A DNA stretch of 64,000 nt from Carpediemonas membranifera BICM. Taxonomy: Eukaryota; Protista; Fornicata. The stretch lies in NCBI GenBank assembly GCA_019828565.1, contig JAHDYR010000003.1, positions 495,409-559,408 on the forward strand. The letters run 5' to 3'. This document shows, one piece after another, positions 9,863 to 20,640 of this stretch. The first letter of the stretch is position 1; each line of letters starts with the position of its first letter. The notes below the pieces were generated by a model. That model worked only from the letters and a program-made list of their open reading frames with translations, did not search any database and was not told where the DNA came from. Made by a program: the position numbers and the translations under genes.

Positions 9863-11581
9863 ATGCTAGACTTGTTCACTTGGCTGGAAGAAGCCACTGA
9901 GTTCGAGAAGAAGGAGCTAATGACCAAGATCAATGCAGCTGCAAGCGCTAAAGGCAAATGCGACGTCCTTCGCGCGCTTTTGCTGCCTAGGCGCGATTTA
10001 CTCGCTACTGTGATCAAGGAACGTACGTTACTGAGCGAAATTGTTTACACAGGTGTTAATCTCAAGCGTATTGCCACGTTCTTCCGCCTCACGCGCCAGG
10101 AGACGGAAGATATGAAGAAGGACCTTAAGGCGCAGTTTATGGCGACGATGAAATTGAATGAGGGTGAAAGGGTCACAGGGGAACACAAGAAAACACTGAA
10201 GCAGGTCCTCGGCGGGGATACCTTCACGCACCTGTACGACGGCGAGGTGGAGAGCGCGCGTATTCGGGTGAAGAAGAGCATTCGTGAGGCTAGAATGAAG
10301 ACAAACGCTAGGCTTGAGTGTGAACTCGCGAAGGAGGAGGACGAGGACATCAGGGATTGTACTCGGGTTCAGATGATGAAGCTGGCCGATGAGGAAGACC
10401 GAAAGGAGTTGGAAAAGGAGATGGAATACACGCGCGAGTCCAAGTATGACGTGGTATGGGAGCGAGTGTACGATGAGATCTGCGGTACTCGTCGTGTGCG
10501 GGCCCGCAGGGATAACGCCCCCTGTCCCGGCGAGGATCACGCCGACCACGTGCTTCAGCGCTATCTCTGGGCCGACCAGATCGATACTCAGGCGCTTACT
10601 GGCGAGAAGACGTTGACCACGAGACTCCCTGCTGAAGCTCGAGTCGTACGTCGCGTGACAGCCAGTCTGATCTCTGCTCAGAAGACGGAGATCCAATCTC
10701 TCAAGGAGCAGGTCGAGCGGCTGAAGAAGCAGGTGACTGACGAGAGAAGAGACCACTTTCTTGAGTGCAGGCGTATCCATCATGAGCATGACGTTGGGTA
10801 CCTTGCTTCCTGCGATGTTTCGTTCGCCGCCAGCCCCATGCCGCCACAGTCTGGCACGCTCTCCAGGACTTCCTGCCCCCGACGCGCTACGAACGAGCCC
10901 GAGGCCTCCATGTCTGTGAAGCGCAAGGCCCTCTTCATCACGCCCGAGAAGGCCAGGCCTGAGGACTCAGAGGAGGAGACAGAGGAGGAGCAGGAGGAGG
11001 CGAAGGAGAAGAGGGGTGAGGCAGAAGAGGAGACGGTGAACACATGCGACGCCTGCATCCAGACTGAGCCGGAGACTCAGACTCGCATCACCTCTGAGGC
11101 CGCGGTGCAGACGTGCATCAACGTGGAGGCTCTCACGACTAACTGTACCGCGATTCATGTCAAGAGTGACGGCAACTGCGTTGCATATTGTCTCCAAGCC
11201 ATTGAGTTGGGTGGCCGAGTTGATGGCGACTTCGAAAAGTGGCAGCGTGGCCTCTGCCAGTCAGTGAAGGCCAAGTACTGGTCTAAGAAGAATGTCACGG
11301 AGCGTAGCCTGACAGATCCGGACTCCGGCTACTATAACTCGAACGCCATCCGAGTCTGGGCAAGGAAGCAGAAGCGGAACATCCTTGTTGTCCAGTCATA
11401 CGACGGATACAACGGCATGCAAGGCATCTCCGCCATCTTATACCTGTTTGATGGCACCACCATGCTTGCACCCGATGCAGACTTGTGGGGGTTGACAGAT
11501 AATTTCGCTATTGTCATCGAAGGCGATCCGGCTCACGCCACGCTGTACCAGAAGAAGTGCGAGGTCGTTGAGATTGAATAA
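9863..11581 (+). CDS. Coiled-coil/acidic protein with C-terminal OTU-like cysteine protease domain
   Basis: VKSDGNCVAYCL (OTU Cys loop), central GYYNSNAIRVWA, His in GDPAHATLY. Confidence 0.7.
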   Translation: MLDLFTWLEEATEFEKKELMTKINAAASAKGKCDVLRALLLPRRDLLATVIKERTLLSEIVYTGVNLKRIATFFRLTRQETEDMKKDLKAQFMATMKLNEGERVTGEHKKTLKQVLGGDTFTHLYDGEVESARIRVKKSIREARMKTNARLECELAKEEDEDIRDCTRVQMMKLADEEDRKELEKEMEYTRESKYDVVWERVYDEICGTRRVRARRDNAPCPGEDHADHVLQRYLWADQIDTQALTGEKTLTTRLPAEARVVRRVTASLISAQKTEIQSLKEQVERLKKQVTDERRDHFLECRRIHHEHDVGYLASCDVSFAASPMPPQSGTLSRTSCPRRATNEPEASMSVKRKALFITPEKARPEDSEEETEEEQEEAKEKRGEAEEETVNTCDACIQTEPETQTRITSEAAVQTCINVEALTTNCTAIHVKSDGNCVAYCLQAIELGGRVDGDFEKWQRGLCQSVKAKYWSKKNVTERSLTDPDSGYYNSNAIRVWARKQKRNILVVQSYDGYNGMQGISAILYLFDGTTMLAPDADLWGLTDNFAIVIEGDPAHATLYQKKCEVVEIE

Positions 11582-11624
11582 AGATTTGGATATGCCTTTG
11601 TAGTGCGTTCGACTGTGTACGTTT

Positions 11625-12341
11625 AGGAGAAGGCTGAGACGGAGAAGAAGGAGGACAAGGAGGTGGAGACAGAGGAGAAGAAGGGTAAGTAGGCAGACGA
11701 GGAGGAGCCTGACACGGTGGTGCGTGGGCCGGAAGATGACGACAATATGTCAGTCGTGTCGATCAGTGACAACGAGCATGAGCCTGAGCTGGTCTTCGAC
11801 GTACAAACCGCGATCGACAGGATCCTGACCTGCCCTGCCAAGGAGATTCACCGTGACGGAGCCTGCATCGCTCATTCGCTCAACGACATTAAGCACGGCC
11901 AAGTACTGGGTAAGAATCGAATCAAACATTTCAAAAAATCATCTGAGAGAACACACCGAGGAATCCATGGCCAAAAAGGCCGAGGGCCAGGTCAGGGGCA
12001 CATGGTGGGACCCTTCCGAGCTGTTCAACGGCCAGGGCTGGCTGACAAGCACTGCTATCTCGGCTTGGACGCATCTTGAGAAGGAGAAGGTCATGGTCCT
12101 GCAGCGCAGAGAAGAGGAAGATGGTCGCATAGTCAACTCAGCGACTGTTTACGACAACGGAAGGGTCTACCCTCAGGATTTCAGAAGTCTGACTCAACTC
12201 AGTGATGCCATCAGGGAGACGGGCCACGAGAAGGTCATTGTCATTACGGGTAATCATGCCACGGTGTATCTCGTGGCGGAGCTTCTGTCAGATGGCACTG
12301 GTGAAGAGAGTGTGCCGAAGACAAGGAAGGGGAGGAAGTAA
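11625..12341 (+). pseudogene. 5'-truncated second OTU-like paralog (in-frame TAG near 11689, frameshift near 11935)
   Basis: IHRDGACIAHSL in one frame; GWLTSTAISAW...ITGNHATVY in another. Confidence 0.6.
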
Positions 12342-12425
12342 ATGGTTTGATGTGTTCGGCTGTCTTTCATCTGTGAAATGAGAACAGGCGTGAGTGTCAT
12401 GGACACAGATGGCCCGGACAGCGTT

Positions 12426-12899
12426 GCCTCCGTCTTGGCATTTGTTGAGGACAACACAGCTGTAAACGACAATAAGATGAAACAGAAGTAGCAAGCAATG
12501 TTTAATAACGTATGAACAGTCCTTTTGATGTTGTTTAGTGATTTTGTGCATTAACGACCGAGAACAGTGGAGTGCAACGCAGATGTTGGTTATTGATGGT
12601 AGATGGCGCGCTTTTGACGACAGCTGGTTGCTTTTGCAGTATAAAGAACCGCATAGCTGCCACTAGTTCCTTCCAATAATGCTTTCCCGCCATTTTGAGG
12701 TTGGAATGAAATTCCAAGCACCGTGCACTTTATGTAATTGCCCAATATCAACGCCACCCCCGCCCCCAGCGCCTCCACGCCCCACGCCAACGCCACCTCC
12801 GCCCCCCTGGCGCTCAGTTCAGGAGATGTCCGGTCGATAAGCCATAAACTGCACGGATCCACAAACGTGGATTGGCCTGAACGACAGCGCTGAGGCCCA
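12426..12899 (-). repeat. Module M, copy 4
   Basis: Reverse complement of M2. Confidence 0.95.
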
Positions 12900-14460
12900 G
12901 ACATGCACATATACATTCATTTATTCCTGTCTCGCTCTCTTGCCTGTCTGATCGCGACGTTTGACCCACTCAAATGCCTCATCTGTGAGGTAGACAGAGA
13001 CGTCGCGAGTATTCCCAGTCCTAACCTTCCGAATCAACGTTCGGCAAGGATCTTTGGGTGTCGTCGTTGAGGTACGACGGCAAGCCCACTCTGAGGTCTC
13101 GCATGAGCCCCCGCACACGATGCAACGTCCTGACAGGACAAGCGGGGGGTCATGCGTTCTGGCCATAGCTAGCTGGTCCACCTGGCTAGCAGTCAGTGTG
13201 CGGGACATGAGCGTACCGCGCGTCTTGCCCGTGTCTTCGGGCCTGGGCCTCGGCTCATCCAGGTCTCCGACGTCCGAAGTCGTCATCGTTGCCTGCTCCA
13301 AAGTGGTGGGCTCCGGCTGAGACCTGACACCTGGCAGCCTGAGCATGGTCTTACGGCCGCCGCTACGCAGCCTCTCAATCTCATCCTCAAGAATGCTGAC
13401 CTTCTTCGTCAGAGCATGATGTTCACTTGTCGCAACGAGCGACACTGGCGACTTAAGCAGCGCGATGAACGCCCTGACGTTATCGTGCAATGGAACCGAG
13501 AAGGCCTGGGCCAAGCTCTCGACCAGCTCCAGGACCTTGGGCAGGGTGTCGGGCTCAAGCTCATTGTGAGCTGCGCGGTTCCGGTACTCAACGAGATCAC
13601 GAATGATCTTGGCATGGGCTTTGTTGTACGCCGCTCGATTGGACATCTCACGAAGGATTCTTGATGAATCCACGTCCTGTTCGAGCTCTTTGCCGAGGAG
13701 GTCCTTCTCGGTGCTATTGGGCTTGCACCCGGGGTTAAATGCAGGCGAGGCCAAGATCTTCCGCATCCAAGGGACCATCATGGCGAGCAGCTGAAGAACT
13801 CGCGCATTATCGCCAAGGATGCGGAGCTGCTCATCGTTCCATGGTGAAATGAACAGGTGATGATCTTGTCGAGCGGATGATTGCCCTTTGAGAGGTGCTT
13901 GGCGATGCTTAGCGCGATATCGGTCCATCCACAACTGTGGATGACGAGCAATTTAAGGTAGGTGCCGCATCAGTCAATAACCCCGTGCTATCGTGCAATA
14001 GAACACAGTTAACACTGCTTTCCATGCGCAGCAACACAGCCTGTGGCGGAGAGACGCCCGGTATGGACGACACCAGGTGATCCACAAACGTGGATTGGCC
14101 AATTACGTCGGCCCCTCCCATCCCGCATCCCTCAGGATACGCAAGCACAAGCTCTCTCCCTGCAGCACCTCTCTGGCGCTCTCTAAAATCGTCGTATAGC
14201 GTAAACAGAATGTGCCGCATCAGTCATTCGTTCATTTTATTCCACTTATCACTCTTGGTCATCCTCCTCATCACTCACCTCCTCGCGGATACTGACATCA
14301 TCACGAGCCTCGTCATCCGCGAGTGTCAATGGCTCTGTAATAGCGCGGGCAGCGTTGGTATACTCACCGTTGAACTGTCGCTGGCCTCTCTGAATGCGAG
14401 GAAAGCAATTCACGCACACCGGAACACGACGAGAAGGACGCTTCAACATGTCAGTTCCAG
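12520..14460 (-). repeat. Right arm of inverted duplication of 228-2171
   Basis: Direct sequence comparison. Confidence 0.95.
12921..13928 (-). CDS. Swt1-like HEPN-domain protein, copy 2 (intact, ~335 aa)
   Basis: Uninterrupted ORF with the RNRAAH motif. Confidence 0.7.
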   Translation of the reverse strand: MDRYRAKHRQAPLKGQSSARQDHHLFISPWNDEQLRILGDNARVLQLLAMMVPWMRKILASPAFNPGCKPNSTEKDLLGKELEQDVDSSRILREMSNRAAYNKAHAKIIRDLVEYRNRAAHNELEPDTLPKVLELVESLAQAFSVPLHDNVRAFIALLKSPVSLVATSEHHALTKKVSILEDEIERLRSGGRKTMLRLPGVRSQPEPTTLEQATMTTSDVGDLDEPRPRPEDTGKTRGTLMSRTLTASQVDQLAMARTHDPPLVLSGRCIVCGGSCETSEWACRRTSTTTPKDPCRTLIRKVRTGNTRDVSVYLTDEAFEWVKRRDQTGKRARQE

Positions 14461-15063
14461 CCTCCGTCTTGGCATTTGTTGAGGACAACACAGCTGTAAA
14501 CGACAATAAGATGAAACAGAAGTAGCAAGCAATGTTTAATAACGTATGAACAGTCCTTTTGATGTTGTTTAGTGATTTTGTGCATTAACGACCGAGAACA
14601 GTGGAGTGCAACGCAGATGTTGGTTATTGATGGTAGATGGCGCGCTTTTGACGACAGCTGGTTGCTTTTGCAGTATAAAGAACCGCATAGCTGCCACTAG
14701 TTCCTTCCAATAATGCTTTCCCGCCATTTTGAGGTTGGAATGAAATTCCAAGCACCGTGCACTTTATGTAATTGCCCAATATCAACGCCACCCCCGCCCC
14801 CAGCGCCTCCACGCCCCACGCCAACGCCACCTCCGCCCCCTGGCGCTCAGTTCAGGAGATGTCCGGTCGATAAGCCATAAACTGCACGGATCCACAAACG
14901 TGGATTGGCCTGAACGACAGCGCTGAGGCCCAAACAGGTGGTGAGACATTAAAAAGACTCATTTGCAATCCATTTACTCAGTCCTCACCCTCTTACCACT
15001 TGTCTCGATCTCTGAATCATCCTCTATTGTGTTGTCCGCATGCTTCTGCTTTTCGGGCGACTC
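14460..15063 (-). repeat. Module M, copy 5, carrying the 3' tail of the 4495-5427 gene
   Basis: Reverse complement of ~5338-5470 joined to an M2-type module. Confidence 0.95.
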
Positions 15064-15208
15064 TACATGAGTCACCCTTGCAGTGGACGTGGTTGTGGAG
15101 CACCCCCAGTGTCTCCACGTCCGCCACCAGCGCCAGATCCGCCACCATGCCCTACATCAGCACATTTGTGTATTTACTTTGTAAATTTGTCCTATTGCTA
15201 TTGAAGCA

Positions 15209-15813
15209 ATGCGTTTCGAGAACTGGGAAGTCGTCATCACCTATGGGGCGGACAGTTCTCTTGGATCTATCATCACCGCTGTCTTAGACGAGTTTCTGCT
15301 CCGAAACCGCGACAAATCGTTTCGTTTAGACAGCAAGGAGCAGTGCTTGCGCATTCTCCGAGATTTCCTGACGTCATGTCCACTGAGGGTGACACATAGT
15401 GATGCTACGTTACGTAGTGCAGTCGTTAATGCTGATTGGAGCGCATTGATGAGGAATCACAGCACTGCTCATGTGACTGTTACGCGAGTCGACAACGAGG
15501 CGAAGACGAAGAGCCTATACACGGCCATGGCAATTATCTGTGCCGTCGAGTTAGGGAAGAATCGCTACGACCGACTCCGCCATGCATTTGTTTCAATGGC
15601 CTCCGACATGCTGTCTGGAGGGGGTGTATGGGTGGCAGTATACACCTACGGAACAGAGGGGCTCTGTCAAAAATGTCCGATTTAGAACGTCTTACTCTGG
15701 CACCATGTAACCCCCTTCCTGATGCACCTTTGAGCACGTGCTTGGCCTGCGATAATTACTTGGCGTCCCGTAAAGCCCAAAAATTAATCAAATCGTCATC
15801 AAATGCGAATTAA
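15209..15813 (+). CDS. Hypothetical protein, possibly with a frameshifted C-terminal C4 zinc ribbon
   Basis: 158 aa ORF ending CQKC; adjacent frame carries CLAC. Confidence 0.4.
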
Positions 15814-16941
15814 AGATGCTGATATTGCTCATGAAACGACTCTGCTGATCAGCTGGGACTCTACGCGGCGATATGGCATGGCAAGTCTCTACACTTTGGA
15901 GTCAATTCGGTCCCATGGTTCCTACCTTGACCCACGTTGTCTCGCGCGCGCGAGGACTCACTAAAAGGATATATCAACACTGGGAGCAGAAAAAAGGCAC
16001 GGCGAGATGCAGGCGCTGTTGCTGAGCTCATTTTCCGGATAAGACCCGTTTTTGTCACCTCAACCCATTCATATTGGCGGCTGTTGCTTCGTTTTTGATC
16101 AAATCAAATGGAAACCAAAACGAGATCCGGGAAACGAGGATGATTGGGAGAGATAGACACATCATAAGGTCTTTAATATAGTAATGCACCGTCAATGAGA
16201 AGTTCTTGGTTCCTGAAATGGATTATTGATCCCAAACGCTTTTCTTTGAGGATAACGCACTTATAGCGGTGATTTCCACACAATTCATCCAAATACTGAT
16301 CAAAACATCAGAACTGCAAGTAAAATGGGTATAGATCGTTTATCCACGGAGATATCAATTGCTCCCAATCCCAGCTTGCAAGAAAAAAAGTTAAGGGGCT
16401 GTATTGGGGCTTGCACTGATATCTCTATATATGCCGACACAGTCACTGGGCTGCCCATCACTGAACAGCTCTAGCCCAATACAAAAACTTGAGGGCTCGA
16501 AGTTTTGGCCTTCTCGGAAAAGGGTGGCGGAACGCTGCAACACTACAATGCTAATGGACAGAGGGGAGGAAGTGGTCCACTGGTATGTCCTATGGGTCGC
16601 TTCTTCCCCTCTGTCCATTTTTACACGATATCGATTTGCCGGATTTGACACATGTTGTGCGATCTTTAACTCCTCGCGTCCAACCACCTCTCCCAAACGA
16701 TCTGCAAGATCGACCAGCCCCTGGATCACTTGGGCCTGCCTCCGTGCCCGGCCTGTTGCGATCAATGATGGTGATTACTTGCAACGAACGCGATCACCGG
16801 AAATTACCTTACCTTACCTTACCTGCAGGTACCATGGGTGTTCGTTTTCGTCTCCAAACGCCATGGTGTAAGAGCATAAAGTGCATTTTCTGTTTACTGT
16901 GCCGTTGGGGATTGATGGCGCTGGCGTAGGGGTGCTGTGTG

Positions 16942-19036
16942 GGCGCCAGGGATGAGGCGCCAGGGATGAGGGCGCCAGGATGAGGCGCCAGGGATGAGGC
17001 GCCAGGGATGAGGCGCCAGGGATGAGGCGCCAGGATGAGGGCGCCAGGGATGAGGCGCCAGGGATGAGGCGCCAGGGATGAGGCGCCAGGGATGAGGCGC
17101 CAGGGATGAGGCGCCAGGATGAGGGCGCCAGGGATGAGGCGCCAGGGATGAGGCGCCAGGGATGAGGCGCCAGGGATGAGGCGCCAGGGATGAGGCGCCA
17201 GGGATGAGGCGCCAGGGATGAGGCGCCAGGATGAGGGCGCCAGGGATGAGGCGCCAGGGATGAGGCGCCAGGATGAGGGCGCCAGGGATGAGGGCGCCAG
17301 GGATGAGGCGCCAGGGATGAGGCGCCAGGGATGAGGCGCCAGGATGAGGGCGCCAGGGATGAGGCGCCAGGGATGAGGCGCCAGGGATGAGGCGCCAGGG
17401 ATGAGGGGAGCGCCAGGGATGAGGCGCCAGGGATGAGGGCGCCAGGGATGAGGCGCCAGGGATGAGGCGCCAGGGATGAGGGCGCCAGGGATGAGGCGCC
17501 AGGGATGAGGCGCCAGGGATGAGGCGCCAGGGATGAGGGCGCCAGGGATGAGGCGCCAGGGATGAGGGCGCCAGGGATGAGGCGCCAGGGATGAGGCGCC
17601 AGGGATGAGGCGCCAGGGATGAGGCGCCAGGGATGAGGCGCCAGGGATGAGGCGCCAGGGATGAGGCGCCAGGGATGAGGGGCGCCAGGGATGAGGCGCC
17701 AGGGATGAGGCGCCAGGGATGAGGGCGCCAGGGATGAGGCGCCAGGGATGAGGGCGCCAGGGATGAGGCGCCAGGGATGAGGCGCCAGGGATGAGGCGCC
17801 AGGGATGAGGCGCCAGGGATGAGGCGCCAGGGATGAGGCGCGCCAGGGATGAGGCGCCAGGGATGAGGCGCCAGGGATGAGGCGCCAGGGATGAGGCGCC
17901 AGGGATGAGGCGCCAGGGATGAGGCGCCAGGGATGAGGGCGCCAGGGATGAGGCGCCAGGGATGAGGCGCCAGGGATGAGGGCGCCAGGGATGAGGCGCC
18001 AGGGATGAGGCGCCAGGGATGAGGGCGCCAGGGATGAGGCGCCAGGGATGAGGAGCGCCAGGGATGAGGCGCCAGGGATGAGGCGCCAGGGATGAGGAGC
18101 GCCAGGGATGAGGCGCCAGGGATGAGGCGCCAGGGATGAGGCGCCAGGGATGAGGCGCCAGGATGAGGCGCCAGGGATGAGGCGCCAGGGATGAGGCGCC
18201 AGGGATGAGGCGCCAGGGATGAGGCGCCAGGGATGAGGCGCCAGGGATGAGGGCCAGGGATGAGGGATGAGGGATGAGGCGCCAGGGATGAGGGAAGCGC
18301 CAGGGATGAGGCGCCAGGGATGAGGGCAGGATGAGCGCCAGGGATGAGGCGCCAGGGATGAGGCGCCAGGGATGAGGCGCCAGGGATGAGGCGCCAGGGA
18401 TGAGGCGCCAGGGATGAGGCGCCAGGGATGAGGCGCCAGGGATGAGGCGCCAGGGATGAGGCGCCAGGGATGAGGCGCCAGGGATGAGCGCCAGGGATGA
18501 GGCGCCAGGGATGAGGCGCCAGGATGAGGCGCCAGGGATGAGGCGCCAGGGATGAGGCGCCAGGGATGAGGGCGCCAGGGATGAGGGCGCCAGGGATGAG
18601 GCGCCAGGGATGAGGCGCCAGGGATGAGGCGCCAGGGATGAGGCGCCAGGATGAGGCGCCAGGGATGAGGCGCCAGGGATGAGGCGCCAGGGATGAGGGC
18701 GCCAGGGATGAGGCGCCAGGGATGAGGCGCCAGGGATGAGGCGCCAGGGATGAGGCGCCAGGGATGAGGCGCCAGGGATGAGGCGCCAGGGATGAGGCGC
18801 CAGGGATGAGGCGCCAGGGATGAGGCGCCAGGGATGAGGCGCCAGGGATGAGGCGCCAGGGATGAGGCGCCAGGGATGAGGCGCCAGGGATGAGGCGCCA
18901 GGGATGAGGCGCCAGGGATGAGGGCGCCAGGGATGAGGGCGCCAGGGATGAGGCGCCAGGGATGAGGCGCCAGGGATGAGGCGCCAGGGATGAGGCGCCA
19001 GGGATGAGGCGCCAGGATGAGGGCGCCAGGGATGAG
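16942..19036 (+). repeat. Minisatellite (GGCGCCAGGGATGA)n, 14 bp unit, ~150 copies
   Basis: Directly visible; only ~6 units in homologous blocks at ~25752-25836 and ~28439-28523. Confidence 0.98.
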
Positions 19037-19049
19037 GAGTACAGTATTT

Positions 19050-19390
19050 GAACCCCGAAAACGCCATATTACCAGCACCAATGAGCTTCATCAACGAAGA
19101 TGCGCTCACTGGTGCCGGTTATGGCGTTTTCGGGGTTCGTCGATCATTCTGCTCCCAAATCTGCACCTGTATTTTCGTGAGCATGCCCGGGAGCTGGGCC
19201 AGACGAGTGGTGCCACAGGGACTAAGCTCCGCTGCTCAGCCTCTGCCAGGCGACACTCGTCTGAATTCTGCACGAAAAAATTCAGACGACGAATGATGGG
19301 CAAAGGGCCGCGAAAACGCTGAAGTACCAGCGCAAGTAGAGCGGTTTGCAATAAAATAGCTTACTTGCGCTGGTGCTGGCGTTTTCGGGG
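19050..19390. other. Nested inverted repeats (dyad-symmetry core of a large imperfect palindrome)
   Basis: Four CCCGAAAACGC-type boxes in alternating orientation; ATCATTC/GAATGAT, TTTTCGTG/CACGAAAA and CAGACGAGTG/CACTCGTCTG nested around ~19230. Confidence 0.85.
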
Positions 19391-19401
19391 CCCTGAATTG
19401 C

Positions 19402-19597
19402 CCCGGGCGCTCTCCCGGGCTTCTCTCTCCCGGGCTCCTCTCTCCCGGGCTCCTCTCCCCCGGGCTCCTCTCCCCCGGGCTCCTCTCCCCCGGGCTCCTC
19501 TCTCCCGGGCGCTCTCCCGGGCTCCTCTCCCCCGGGCTCCTCTCTCCCGGGCGCTCTCCCGGGCTCCTCTCTCCCGGGCTCTATCCTCCGGGGCTCC
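19402..19597 (-). repeat. Minisatellite (CCCGGGCTCCTCTCT)n, ~13 copies
   Basis: Directly visible; reverse complement (GAGGAGCCCGGG) resembles the 14-mer (GAGGCGCCAGGG). Confidence 0.9.
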
Positions 19598-19689
19598 TGT
19601 CCCCAGCGCTGTTTCCCAGGCGCTCTGCTCTCTCCAGCGTCCTCACTCGTAAATGTACGTTGCTGTCTTGTCTGCTTGATCTGATTTCA

Positions 19690-19950
19690 TTTAGTGTGCA
19701 CTTTAGGGGATAGTTTCATTGCAACGCCAAAATGGCGAGTTCTGGTTGTAGCAATGATCTGATGCGCGGAATGTACTAGAAAACATTGCAATTACAACGC
19801 AAAGCAGCGAAAAGCGGAGAAATCAACATCAATAACAACATCAACACCAAAAGAACAGTATCCCAAAGAATTGTGGGCGTTGCTGCGCCAAAGAGCAATA
19901 AATGACCACAAAGCATTCGCTTATGCACAATTAGCTGCCAGAAAGAACAC
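19690..19950 (+). repeat. Diverged M-family module (O)
   Basis: GTGCACTTTA, TTTCATTGCAACGCCAAAATGGCG and CATCAATAACAACATC match M landmarks in order. Confidence 0.6.
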
Positions 19951-20093
19951 TACACCGTTACTTTGGATCATCCCAGTTCGCCGGAGATGACGCAGGTCCA
20001 GAACGCTGCCTTGGAGGGCTGGTGAAGCGGTTGTGTAGCGCTTACTCGCCTGGCCTTTGGGGCTCTCTCAACATCCTTCCAGACTACTGCATT

Positions 20094-20537
20094 GTCATTC
20101 ACCGGAGGAGCAGGCCAGAGTCACTTGCCATCTGGCGCATCATGAGGAGATATTGGAATGTGATGATGTGTTTATTGACTAAATGAGCTGGAATTAGGCG
20201 GGTTTGATGTTGCTTACATGCTCTGTGGCATGCCTGATGTCCAAAGATGTATTTTGGCACAGTGATGTTGTTTAGTGTGCTCATTGCTGACCGCATAGTT
20301 ATCTGACTTCAATGTGTCGTGTTGATGCCAAGAAATCGATGGTAGCTCGCACGTTTGAGGTAGTTGCTTGTTGCATCGATGCAACGCACTTTAAGGATTA
20401 ACCACCTGCACCCCATAGCCGTTTCCTAAGGCCAGATACGGTCCTCTGTAGCGTATATACACGCGTGAATTGGGACTAGATGGGACTAGATGCAGTGTTG
20501 TGGCATGCCCGGTCTAGCTGAATCCACAAATGTGGAT
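20094..20537 (-). repeat. Diverged M-family module (R); further copies at ~25096-25509 and ~27833-28196
   Basis: On the minus strand: ATCCAC-N4-GTGGAT (20522-20537), TAAAGTGC, ACCTCAAA, CTATGCGG, CACTAAACAACATCA. Confidence 0.8.
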
Positions 20538-20640
20538 CGGCTCGGGCTGCCATATAGGTGGCCTGCTCTGGACTTATGGCTGGAAATACAGTTGGCAGGT
20601 AGTTGACTCGTACATGCTCATATGGACAACCGACGGCCAT

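Noticed and set aside
16942-19036. CRISPR array or telomere
   Set aside because: No unique spacers, no cas genes, internal position, and the unit is unlike known telomere repeats.
16809-19109. 755-766 aa ORFs (PHPWRLIPGASSLA repeats)
   Set aside because: The 14-bp unit has no stop codon on the minus strand, so long ORFs arise in several frames automatically.
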